This document shows, piece after piece, positions 49,539-61,688 of a stretch of DNA of 64,000 bases. The notes beneath the pieces are model-generated. The model was not told the origin of the DNA and did not search any database. It saw nothing but the letters and a program-made list of their open reading frames with translations. The stretch's first letter is position 1. Every line of letters starts with the position of its first letter. Source of the DNA: Pseudogymnoascus verrucosus (taxonomy: Eukaryota); NCBI GenBank assembly GCA_001662655.1, contig KV460254.1; one strand, written 5' to 3'. A program made the translations under genes and the position numbers.

Positions 49539-50479
49539 AGGGGGGTTATACGTTATATGTTGTGATCTGTGATGTGTGATATGTTTTCTGATTGATTCGT
49601 TTATTTGGATGGGTTTTTGTTACATTGCGGGGAAATAGGGGCGGTAGCGGGGAGTCTTTTTCGCGGCGGATACCATGATGCTTGCTTACTTGCTTTGCTT
49701 GCTTGCTTGTTTGCCTGGATGAGCGAATGCGCAGCGATGAATGCGATAGAAGGGGTGTGGGTATTAAAGCATGATTGCAGCGGGATATAGGATATAGGAA
49801 TAGGATACAGGATATATATACGTTACACCACACCTGCTCTCTGTGCTGATATTCTTCGTGACCCTCTCCTTCAATCTTCGATACGTGGTTTCACCTCTAG
49901 CATTAATACTCATGCTTGCAAAGACCTTTACATTGTAACAGGGTAATCCGCATTCCATTCATATAAACTGCTACTTACGCCGCAACGCTGAGCAAAAAAC
50001 AAGACTTAAGCCCGTTCCCCGTCCCCTCCCCCATGCCTCCCTTTCATTCCCACCCACCGCCATTCCCTTTTCTTTCCTTTCCTACCAACCCCGGCACACC
50101 ACACACACACCCAGCTAACCGCACACCAATCCTGCAGATGGTTCAAAGCTATATAAAACGAAAATACACCTTCCCACCTCTCTCCTCGCTCACCACTTCA
50201 CCCGTCACCTCACTCGCCTCTCTTTCGTCCTAGACACCATCCTGTTGTGGGGAACGGCGGAGCGATTGAATGAATTAATACCCCCTCACTTCCACCCCAA
50301 CCGCCTGCAAAGTGCAGGCGGCTTATTATACAGCCACCACCACCATCTGACAAGTAATTAATCGTCCCAGTCTCGCGTCTCCTCATCTCAGCACAGCGAG
50401 AACCAGTATACTCCTCATCCGCCTGGGACCCGCGTAGCCACGACCCGCACCGGCGTCACCCTTACGCAGCACTAGCCCC

Positions 50480-53400
50480 CTACTGCCTAACATGCGAGTG
50501 CCTTGACGACCCCCCCTCGATCTGCAGCGCGGGGAGTTGTGGGGCCGTCGACGGCGCAGGCGGCATGATGGACATGCGTGCGTCGGGCCGTTGGCCAGCG
50601 GGCCAGAAGTCAATGGATGCGACGATATCTTCGCCGCGCTCGTCTTCGAAGGCGTAGAGGATCTGTGGGGGTGCGTTAGTAAATTGACCACGCGACATTT
50701 TAGACGGGACAAGGGGACGTACCTCGCGCGTGCTCGTATGAAGCATGCGTGTATTCTTCGCTGGGATGATATGAACCGCCTGCGTCTCGATATTCCTAAT
50801 CTCCACGAAATTCGGCTCGAACGCCAAGATCCAGGGATACGACAAGGCGAAGCTCTGCGGCAGGCCCTCCCACTCGATGCGCCAGTCGGGGCGCGCGCGC
50901 CAGCCGTTGCGGTTGACGAAGAACGAGAATTCGCTGTAGTTGAGCAGGAACTCGCCGTTGAGGCGCTCGATGTGGATGGGGCGGACGTTCTCCTTGCGCG
51001 CGACGAAGTCGAGCGAGGTGTCGGCCTGGTCGAGGAGGGATTGCGTCTCGAGGGTCTCGAGGGAGACGACCTCGAAGCCGCGGGCGCAGGCGACGCAGAG
51101 CTTGGACTTGAGGAAGTGGATGGAGGAGGATTCGGTGGGGATGTAGAATTCTTTGAAGGCTTTGAGCTCGTCTTGGCCGCTGTTGAACATCTTGAAGCCC
51201 TTCTGCTTCTTGCCCTTGGACATGGCGTCGTTGGGCTCGAAGACCTTGATGGTCGTGGAGAGGGCCGAGGACTTGACGCAGCAGACTAGGTGGCGGCCGA
51301 GACAGATGCCGGTCTTGAAGAAATTGCAATGGCTTTGGATCTTCTTGGATCGTTTGCCGAGGGTAGGCTCGTTCGGATCGAGAGCTGAAAGCGGGAACGA
51401 TAGGAGTGATTTCGCCGATAGCACAAGTAGGAGCTGATACTCCTCGAGGACATCAACTTGCGTGACGTTTTGCACGTCTATTACGCGTTTCGGCTTGGCC
51501 CCTGCCTCCTTTGACCTTCGATCCGACACGTATATGCCGGTATCAGTACCATAAATAAGTTTGCGTCCGCCATCTACTATTGTTAGCTTGTGTCAATTAG
51601 CCTCAGCATGGGCGACTTACCAAACGGTGCAGCGCAATTAACACGGTTCATCGCCGTGAAGAAGCCGGCAGATAGCGTAGTCTTGTTATAGAAGTCCCCA
51701 CGTGCACGTAGCTTCTCCTGCTGTTCATCAATATACTCGAGCCACTTCTTCCGGGAGCCCACAGTGGATGCGAAAAGAGTTAGCTCGTAGCCCCCCTTTC
51801 GTCCCAGATGGCGGAAGCTGATTGGGAAACCCTTGGTAGTATCCGCGGTGTTGCTCTTGTTTCCGGGTAGTAAACTTGAGGTGGGCCTCTTGACGACGCC
51901 CAATCTAGGCACCACATCGTCCATTTCTTTGATTGCCAGCAGTTCTAACGGTATTGGCTAGAGTAGTATTAGTATAAAGATCATATCCAAAATAGAACTT
52001 GGGAAACTACCCGTCGATAAACCTTCACTTCCTCCTTCTTGCCCACCATCTTCACACGCACCAAAAGCATTGCATGGTCAAAGAGGTAAGCCTGGATCTC
52101 ACTTGGGTCTGTTGGAGACTTCTTCAAAGCTCCCTTGTAGATCAACTCTCGGCCCTCATCCGTAAGCTTCAAGTCAACACGCTCATTCGGTCTGAATCGG
52201 AGCTGCTCATGAAGTTGCCTCAAATTAAAGCGGTTCTCGGCCTTTCCAGACTCTGCGTTGACACGAGTCAGGAGGTCTCGAATCAGCTTAATGGCTTTGG
52301 GGATATCCGTGATATCCTGGCTTGCCGGATCCGTATATTTAAGCACATTGTCCAACAGCAGTGGATAACGAGCCAATCTCGTCGTAGGCTTAGTGAGATA
52401 ACCGTTGAGTTCCAGCTTTCTCGATTCCTTGCGGCGCTCTGTTTCATCCACGAACTTGGAGAAGAACGGATTCAAGGACCTCTCCTTCTCAAATTCGAAC
52501 TTGGCATTCAGCTGATTTGATCCGTAGGTGATAAATGGCTCGAACTGGGGCACGAATTCTAAGAAAATATCGCCAACGGCCGAAACCACTGGGTGTTTCC
52601 TTTGCCGTTCCGTGAGGGCCTCTGCGAACTTGGAACTGACGCCGTGGATACTCGGGGGGTCGACAATATTGGAGAAAATAGTCCGAACGATCCTTTCTCG
52701 TCTTGATTCCGGGATAGGAGGTGGGACATCCCTGACAAGCCCTCGCAAGGGGAAAATCCAGAAGTCTCTCAAATACTCCAGATCCTTGACAAAATCTCTC
52801 TCGGTGTACATGATCTCGGAGATGACCTCCTGCCTCTTCTTCTCGCGGTCTCCGACGCTATCAGCAATCTCCTTGGATACAGTGTTGATCCACAATTTCT
52901 GTTCATCGGGCTCGTTGTCGTGGAGGTTAGCTTGCGAATCCTCACGTCTCAGACCTGGTTGAGGCTTGAGATTGAGTCGCGACTGCTGTTCCAATCTCCT
53001 TGGACACGCAATAGAGTAGCACAGGTGGTCAGGGGTACAGGTAGGAGAATAGCACTCCGTCAGCAGAACGAATACACCGTTGACCTCCGGGGTGTCGGAG
53101 GGATCATCCATCATAGTCTCTCGGAACTGATACATCTCAGTCGGCGCATCTCGTAACCTGTGATCGTAGGTAACGTCGTGGAAGAACTTTTGGGCGTCCA
53201 GAGCTCTACCCAGGAGCAGAGCAAGATTTCTATCCGTAGTCTTGATGATATAGCTGATGACGTCCACCGCTTCCGCACCGCTAAATGCGTGCTTATATGC
53301 GAGGTCGTTCTTCGTCCGGTCTCCCGTTTGAATCCTATCCCGGAAGCATTCTCCGACACGAGACAGCAGAGCTGGATATACGAGGGGAGCCTTGGTAGCC

Positions 53401-54440
53401 GCCCTCCGTCCTGTCCCGCTGCCATTCGACTTAACAGATGTCCTATTATTGACACTTTCCGGAGGAACGATTGTCGAAGCCATAGACATAGAGCGACCCG
53501 AGCCTTCAGTGACCTGTGTTGACGCCATACTGGTCGTGCGGGTCATAGATCCGGCAGCACCGGGGGTCTCAATCTGATATCCATTTGTCCTCTCCTGCGG
53601 CTCTTCCGCGCGTCTATTGGGTATAACACGACCACTCATTGTCTGGTGGTCTCGTCCTTGCGGATAACTCGTCATGGACATCGTGCGCTCATCGTGCGTT
53701 CTTTCAGGAACCGGGCGGCCCTGCGCCGTGATCTTAGACGACATCTGCTGGTTGTTCTGATATGGTGCGTGTCGGAACGCATTCGCGGGTGCTTGCTGAA
53801 AGTTGCTCGGTGGCGCCTGGTACATCTGCGGCCGTGAAATCGACGCCATTGACTGCGAGCGATACGGGTCAGAGTTCATGGCCGGACCTGGACCGCTGTA
53901 TGCTCGCTGCGGGGGCTGTCGTTGCTGTTGCGCAAACTGCTGCTGCTGGGAAATATTAGGTTGTTGTCTCATGTCCACCCGCTGGGGTCCTGGATATGGC
54001 CTTCTCTGGTCTAGCCGAGGAGGAGCTGGAGGTAGCTGCTGATCGCGAACTTGAGGGCCACTGTTTGAGGCTGGCCTCTGTGGGCCCTGGTAGTAACCAT
54101 TGGGGCCGGCTTGGCCGTTGGGTCCGTATGAGGGCGATTGCGGAGGATATCCTCCTGGCTGCCGCGGCGGAGGCTGTCGGGGAGGAGGCATTCGCGGCGG
54201 AGGCTCGCGGCCCATGGGAGACCGTCCATCATACTGCGAGCCCATTGTCTGTGTTCTTCCAGGCGGCGGCATCATGTTGAGGGGTTGGTTGGAGGAGGTC
54301 ATGGTCTGGGAGCGACCTGGTGGCGGCGCAGCACCAAAGATGTTGGAGAAGGCGGCATCCCGCTGATTGTTTGATGACGGCGGCTGGCCATAGTCGCTCT
54401 GCCTGCCTCCGTTTGGCCTAGGTCCTTGATAATTTGCCAT
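50480..54440 (-). CDS. ROM2: Rho1 guanine nucleotide exchange factor, Rom2/Rgf1 family (DEP-DH-PH-CNH)
   Basis: DEP AFSGAEAVD..NLALLLGRALDAQKFFHDV. DH KRQEVISEIMYTERDFVKDL..KPTTRLARYPLLL. CNH C-terminus. Three introns. Confidence 0.93.
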
Positions 54441-54819
54441 GGCGGGATCGATCTGTGGAGACCAGAGGCAATCCTTATTATGGCCGGGTCCGTCGGGGGA
54501 ATAAGAATGTGCTAGGAGGCAGCGCACAGTCTCAGGCCTTGAGAGGGGGGCAAGGCGTATGACATTGAAGTTGTGGTCACAGCCAGAGCGTAGAAAGGGT
54601 TGGAATATGCAGGTGGTTGTGGTTCAGTGTGTGGAGTTGGGGATTTGGTCGTTGAGGGTTGGCTGTTGGCTGACAAGGCCGTTTGGTTGTTCTTGGATGG
54701 GAAAAGGTACGGGATAGCGTATTGAGTGTAGTATGAGTAGCGGAGTACCAGAGCAGAGGGCAAGTGGGCTAAAGTGGGCTAGAGATGCGCTAATGAGACA
54801 GGCAAGTTCAGGCAAGGAC

Positions 54820-54937
54820 AGGGGAGTTACAGGGGATTTACAGGGAAGTTACAGTGTGCACGACAGGCAACTCCAGCGAGTTTAGTGGGCACTACAGCAA
54901 GTTTAGTGGACACTACAGGCCGCTACAGCAAGTTTAG
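54820..54937. repeat. Degenerate tandem repeats upstream of the RhoGEF (11-bp GGGRAGTTACA-like; 21-bp CAGCAAGTTTAGTGGRCACTA)
   Basis: Three copies of each motif seen directly, the last 21-bp copy partial. Confidence 0.7.
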
Positions 54938-55827
54938 ATGGGGTTGACCTGCCTGGGAGGGGGAAGAGGGATCTTGGTTCTGGTGTTTAACGGGAAATAG
55001 TCTAGCGTCAGTCGTGCCACACATCAAAATTTCAAGAGCACCTAGTCAAGCTGAAGAAAGAGGTCCACAAGGAGATAATGGGGAGATAATTGGAGATATA
55101 AATCATATATTGATGTGATAGATTCTAGATTTGTGTGCATATTCTAATATATCCTATATTATTATTGTATATACCCGGGATGGAGTGTATCCGAACTGTG
55201 TTTCAACGTCAGTCAGTCTACTGCAGCACGCACAGCTACAACTCCCCACTGACAATTGTGAGAGTATCCATGAACAATACCCTACTACTGCAGTTCTCTT
55301 CCACGGACACGCCGACTACCTCATCGTCATTCTCCCGTACTCCATCAACTCCATCGTGGCTAGTGAGAGGCACAGTGCATTCCCAGCTCCATACTATGAT
55401 AAGGGGCTGTGGCTGTGTTAAGCAAGAAGCGGGTCCAACTGAGGCTGTGTCTACTCTATTTCACGAATCCTGGGCATCGTCATTGGAGATCCCAAAATAC
55501 AATCCACAGGGCCTCTCTCAGCATCAAGTCATGCCATATTGAGGCATACAAAAAACATACACTGATACATTCTCACGATATATGCTATCTAATCATGTCC
55601 CACTCACCATCAACTACGCGATTCATTCCCTGCGACTCATTCATTTTCCCAATATAATCACGTGACACATGCCATGAAACTACCTGCAAACGCGCTAGCG
55701 CCATTCGCGGATAGCTTCGACCTCTGGCTGGCTCGCGGTGCACGCATCGACGACCCTCCAACGCATCTGCTTCCATCGCAGCAGTACCAGACCACCAGCA
55801 CACCAAGACTCTGCGCCTGCCTCCACA

Positions 55828-56508
55828 ATGGCAGACTCGGAATCCGCCCCCAAGTTCGCGCCGTTCATCGGAATGGTATGGCAGCCCCCGCCCACCCCTT
55901 AACACAGGCATTGGGTAGTCTGGATGGAGAGAGCTGACAGCTTTGACAGGCCGGAATTGCGTTTGCGATGATCTTTGGCAGTAAGCTTACACCACTACTT
56001 GAAGGAGAGATGTGGGTGCGGAAGGCTAACACGATATAGCTATTGGCGCCGCATACGGCACGGCGAAATCGGGCATTGGAATCGCGGGCGTGGGAACCTT
56101 TAGGCCAGACCTCATCATGAAGGTAACACCCCCCCCCCTCCCCTCTTCTCCACACCCCCCCGCTAATCCTTCGACTTCCAGTCCCTCATCCCCGTCGTCA
56201 TGTCCGGTATCATCGCCGTCTACTCCCTCGTCATCGCCGTCCTAATCGCCGGCGACATGGCCCCTCCCCCGGGCCAGCACTACGCGCTCTTCACGGGCTT
56301 CCTGCATCTCGCCGCCGGCCTGTCCGTCGGGCTTACGGGTTTGGCGGCGGGTTATACGATTGGGATTGTGGGAGATATGGGGGTGAGGAGTTATATGCAG
56401 CAGTCGAGGATTTTTGTGGGGATGGTGTTGATTCTGATTTTTGGGGAGGTGTTGGGGTTGTATGGGTTGATTGTGGCGTTGATTTTGAATACGAAGAGTA
56501 GGGGATGA
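55828..56508 (+). CDS. VMA11: V-ATPase V0 proteolipid subunit c'
   Basis: [71 protein letters not shown]...[21 protein letters not shown]. Confidence 0.93.
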
Positions 56509-56789
56509 GTGAAGGGAGGGGAGGTGAGGGGTGTGTAGGATATGGAGGGGGAATGGGAGGGGAAGGGGGAAAGAGGGGTGTAGGTCTAGATAGACCACTG
56601 GTTGCCAAGGGCCAGTGCTGCATTACGTGGAGTTTGGTGTTTGCTGTTCACATGTTCAATTTAAGCATGCGTCGTCAATATTATTAGTGCAGTACAATAT
56701 AACATCTGTTTTGCTCTATAAATGCTGTCTGCGATCGCCTACCACATCAAACACCAATACACCATACTGCCAACCCCCATACCCATCCC

Positions 56790-59642
56790 CTACGTCCGGA
56801 AATGCTGCACAATCCCATGCAAACGATCAATAACCACCGGAAAAATCGCCCCCACACTATCCTCAATAATGCGTTCAAACCCCCTAATCGCCTCCTCCTC
56901 ACTCATCTCCAACATAAACCGCTCCATAACCTTCTCCACCACCCTCTCCGGCTCCGCGCGGATATCAGGAATATTCGCATCCACCATCAGCCCAAATAGA
57001 TTTAGCACCAGCCCGCTCTGCTTCCTCAGCGCCGCATAAGCCGTGAACGCGTACTCCTTGAACCTCGCCCAATTCTCGTCCTGCTGTCCCCCCATCCCAT
57101 CCGCCATCTCCGAGCCCAGCTTCATCAGCGGCGCAAACGGCTTCGGGTCGCGCCCGAGGATGTACCCGAAGTCGGCGTGGAAGAAGTGCCCCGAGGGAGC
57201 GAGGAGGAGGTTATCGAGGTGTCGGTCGCCGACGCCGAGGAGGTAGGTGATTACGCAGTATCCCGCGCACGACTTGACGTAGGTGTCCATTGCCTCCTTC
57301 CGGACGCCGAGGGGGGCAGTGGCGTCGGGGTTGTGGGTGCGTAGGTAGGTGAGGATGGGGGGTTGGCCGCTGCTGCGGTGTTTGGTGGAGATGGCGGCGA
57401 GGGAGGAGGAGGGGACGAATTGCACGGCGCCGGCGGTGGCGCCAGTGGCGAGGATCTTGTAGGGGGAGAGCTTGAGATCGAGGTTCTCTTTGCGGAGGAG
57501 CTGGTCCATTAAGGTGATGATTTGGATGACGAGCTGGTCTTGGCGGAGGTCGTCGCCGGTCTTGAAGATGATGGGGTAGTGGCGCCCGGAGGAGGTGCGG
57601 AAGGCCATTTTTAGGGGGGAGAGAGAGGATTTGAAGACGGCTGTTTCTTCGGGGTAGACGCCGCTTATTAGGATGGATGGGTCGAGTGGGAGAGGTAGAG
57701 GGGGGTCGATATTGATCAGCTCGTTCTTCGGATCCATGAGGAATTGTTTGGCTCGCTCCGCCTTTTTGGCTATAGTTGGACCTCCTTTGGCGCTTATCTC
57801 GAGCGAGATCTTGGATATGACGGCGACGAACTCGGCTTGCCGGAGGAGTACCTTTCGGGTTTCCTTGCCGGTGGGTGTCTTCTCTAGTTCTATCATGAAG
57901 TCATATTCGACCTTTGCAAAGAGCTTGCGGTATTGTGGGGGCTGTCCAGGGCTCTTGTCATCGCATTCGACCATGAGATACCAATGGAAGTAGTTACCGA
58001 GCATGAAGCTCTTCGCGGCTCGTGCAATGAGGAATTGGGCGAGAGAAGAGTCTGCTTTAGGCTCATCTGATGAATTTGGTGTTTTATGTTCAAACTTGAG
58101 GGCCTGGACTAGTTGAAGTAGGTAGAGCAACAGTTCATCGTCGTCGGATTTTCGTAGACGGTCAACTGCGTATGCTCTCACATCTGAATTATCGAAGCTT
58201 GGACCCAGGAGCTCAAGAGCATCGTCGACATCGATCTCAGTCCATTTCGAGAGGAGCTGAACAGCTTGCCTAGCCTCGCTATTATCTTGCCAGTTGACCG
58301 ATTTAACAAATTTGGTCAATGCCCTCTTATCTTTCGTAAGATGATGTCTGAACTTCCAAATCAAATCCTTCTCATCTGGCGATAGTGCATGGGTCGGAGG
58401 TGATCCAACAATCTGATTCAACTCGTCACGGAATCTCGCGTTCGGCCTTAGGTCACGGTCCATTGCCCCTGTTCTGTGGCCACGCACGAGTCGACGATGC
58501 TTGGTTTCGGCGGGGTTGTCTCGGGAGCCTACCTCGGGGTCATATATACGCACAAGGCGTCCTCCAAACGACCCATCCTCGCCTTTCCCATCGACACCTG
58601 GTCCAAAATAAACTACTGGTGGTGGCTTAAGAATGTTGTTTTGCGATGAGGACAAGTGCTGCATCGAAGATATAGGTGGAGGCGGGTACTCGTGGTCAGA
58701 AAATACGACTGGGAAATCGAAGCGTGGTAGCTCAATATGCAACGTGAATACCTCGTTCTCAATATCAGCTTCAACCTCCCCGTCGAGCGTGGTGATGTCG
58801 CCGTCCGTTTTCGAACGTCTGTTCTGCAGCGACCTGGCTGACGGGCTTGACGAGAGAATGTTTTGTTTTTCGATGTTGCGGAAAACCAGTTGATCAAGCC
58901 ACTCCACCCGAGGAATTTCTCCCATCTCATGCTTCTTCAGCAGCTTTTCTAACCTCTCAGCTTCTTCCTGCTCCTTATCCACCAGTCCGTTCTCCGACTT
59001 TCCATTCTTTTCGCTCCGGCGCGTCGGCAATGACGATGGAGTGGATGTCCCGGCCAACCCGTCGGCGGCTTTGCGCCGGTGCAAGTGGCATAGCTGTCGA
59101 CCTTTCTGCAATGTATTTTCCTTATCGAAAAGAGGAAATGTGGTTCCGCCGAAGGGTATCGAGTGTCCTTGAGCTCCATCCCCACCGGCGGGAGAAACGT
59201 CCCAGACAGTAATCGCGAGTTGCGCCGTCAAGGGAAGCGTATTGAATGTAACAGGCAGTGTCAACCAGTTCCCCCATTTCCTCTCATTCTTGAACGGCTT
59301 ATATGGAGTTCGCACTGGGACTGTAAGAGGCTTCGAGTCGGCCCATAGCTGCACAGTCAAGTAGAGGTCTGAATGAGGGCTATGGATGGAGCTGTTAGCA
59401 TGGTACTTGATGGGAACGGGGCGGCCTGTAAATACCTGATATTTGATCCTATATGTCGCAGGTCGGGTCTCTTTATTAAAGTCGAAAATGGGATCTGGGT
59501 CTGTTCTCCTTCGAGGCGCACACTGCTCAATGTTAGGAAGAGCCCTCAAGGTAACAGACTGGGTGACGTCGGGAAAGACTTACATCTTCACATTAAGAGG
59601 TAGCTCTAAGGCCTCAGAGCTTGCAAAAGAAAAAGGATCCAT
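56790..59642 (-). CDS. VPS34: Class III phosphatidylinositol 3-kinase
   Basis: MDPFSFASS start, C2 and helical regions (LYLLQLVQALKFE), FKTGDDLRQDQL, GVGDRHLDN, HADFGYILGRDPKP. Two 5' introns. Confidence 0.96.
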
Positions 59643-60124
59643 GATACATTCTCCTCAGAATATATCAGAAGATAGAAATATTATACAAGCAAAGTCTGTT
59701 GCACCGGATAACCTCCAAGGCGTCTCGTCGCACCACCAGACTACTGGAGTTACTGGCGAGCCTCTAATTATGGCACAGCTAACCACTTAAAAGATGGTCC
59801 GTGCCAGCCAGCCTAACAGCACAAGCCACAGATCGCGCGTTGACAGACGAACGATGCCTCAATGAGGGCGCGTATCTAACTTTCACTAGAACAAAGTCCG
59901 ACTTATCATCAACAATTACTTCGATACCTTCGATTCCGCACTCTTTTGTGGCGTCTCTCAATACTGCGATCGCCAATAACGACTTATATTTATATTCTAC
60001 GCCACCGGAAACTCACGCGCAAACTTGTTTGTTTGGAATTTGGCGCTAGCTAAAGTGAAGCAAGGGAGGGAATCGCGCATTTCTTCCCCAACACTCCCGA
60101 AAGTTCCACATCAGACGATTATAC

Positions 60125-61688
60125 ATGGCGCGACTCATGCCATCAAAATCCCGCGCTCCGACATACAGTGAGGATGTATGGGACGCCTCACCGAAACCTA
60201 CCCCGCGTCGATCACTGAACAGGGCGCCCCGAGACACATCGCCATCATCTTCCCCACATTCCGCCGCGTCACAGTCGTCCGACAAAGAGAATAAGGCAGC
60301 ACGCTCTCGTGTCGATAAGGGAAAGGGACCCGAAGGCATGGCCGGGCCGCCGGTGAGCCGTGGACTATCAGAAATCAGCAATGGACGGAGTGTCAAGCGC
60401 AAGGCTGTGGAGGTTCGCGACGCGGGTGACAGGAGCCGATCCGTCAGACGGAGGACCAGGGAACCTGAGAACGGTTCGCCGGTGAGCCAGAATGGAGACG
60501 ACAGCAGCGACAACTACGATCCCGACCAGGACCTGCAAGAGCGCAGAGAACTCCGCGCGCGGTTCCGCAATCTCGAGAAGGATCTCAATAACAACCGCGC
60601 CGAATTTCTCCACGCCGACAATGAAGGACTCAAACAGACCCTCCTCGAAGCGGACGAGATCCTCAACGGCGTCAAGCAGACCGGCGACGCGACAGTCGAC
60701 TCCCGCCTCATCGCCAACGCAGCCGACCTCTCCCTGAAGAAAATCGAGAAGCTCACCCTCGGCGACACAGACCGCCGCGTCGACATCGACCACTTCGTCG
60801 CCAAGTGCATGACCTTCATGCGTAACGGCCAAGGCTCCGCCCCCACTCCCTCTCGCGCGCCCACCTCCACACAGTCCCGCCGCCGCACCATCCAGAACGG
60901 CGACAACCCCGACGACGACGACGACCCCGAAGCAGGCGACATGCTCGACTGGTCCCACCTCGGCGCCTTCGCCTGCCAACAGCACAACACCCGCCCTCCC
61001 ATCCCCGGCTTCCTGCTCGGGCCCCTCTCACTGGAGAAGCGCGCGCGCCGAGTCATCCAACGGCGCGCCCCGAACGCGAATCGCGATCTCGTCGAGACGC
61101 AGCCGGAGATCCTGCGCCCGGAGGACATTGAGCGCAGCGAGAACTCGAGCTTGACGTTCTTGTGTGCGCGGATTATGGAGAGGTTGCGGCAGGCTTCGGC
61201 GGCGGGGATGGATGCGTGTGAGGCGGAGGCGTGGGAGGGGATTACGGACGAGGAGGTTAAGATGCTGATGCGTAGACATGGGCTTAATGCTGATGGTGGG
61301 ATGGATCTGTTTCGCTTCGTCATTAATCCGCGCTCGTTTGGGCAGACAGTCGAGAATATGTTCTATGTCAGCTTCTTGATTCGCGATGGCAAGGCGGCTA
61401 TCACGGTCGATGAGGACGGATTGCCATTTCTTGGTAAGTTGCACCTGTTCCTAATTCCCTTAACGATACGTTGAGACAATTAGCTAACATTCCCTGCTAG
61501 GTGAGGCTGAACCGCTCGGGCGCGCAGAGGCGCTCAAGAAGGACGTCTCGAAGCACCAAGCCATCTTCGCGATCGACATGGCTACATGGGAGGAGCTTAT
61601 CGAGGTCTTCGAGATCCGCGAGCCGATCATCGAGCATAGAGAAGAGGTTGTGCAGCGGGCCGTCGGCGCGAGGGGGTGGTACAGCTAG
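60125..61688 (+). CDS. NSE4: Smc5/6 complex kleisin Nse4
   Basis: VKQTGDATVDSR, FLLGPLS, LFRFVINPRSFGQTVENMFYVSFLIRDG. Intron 61434-61500. Last exon KHQAIFAIDMATWEELIEVFEIREPIIEHR. Confidence 0.92.
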
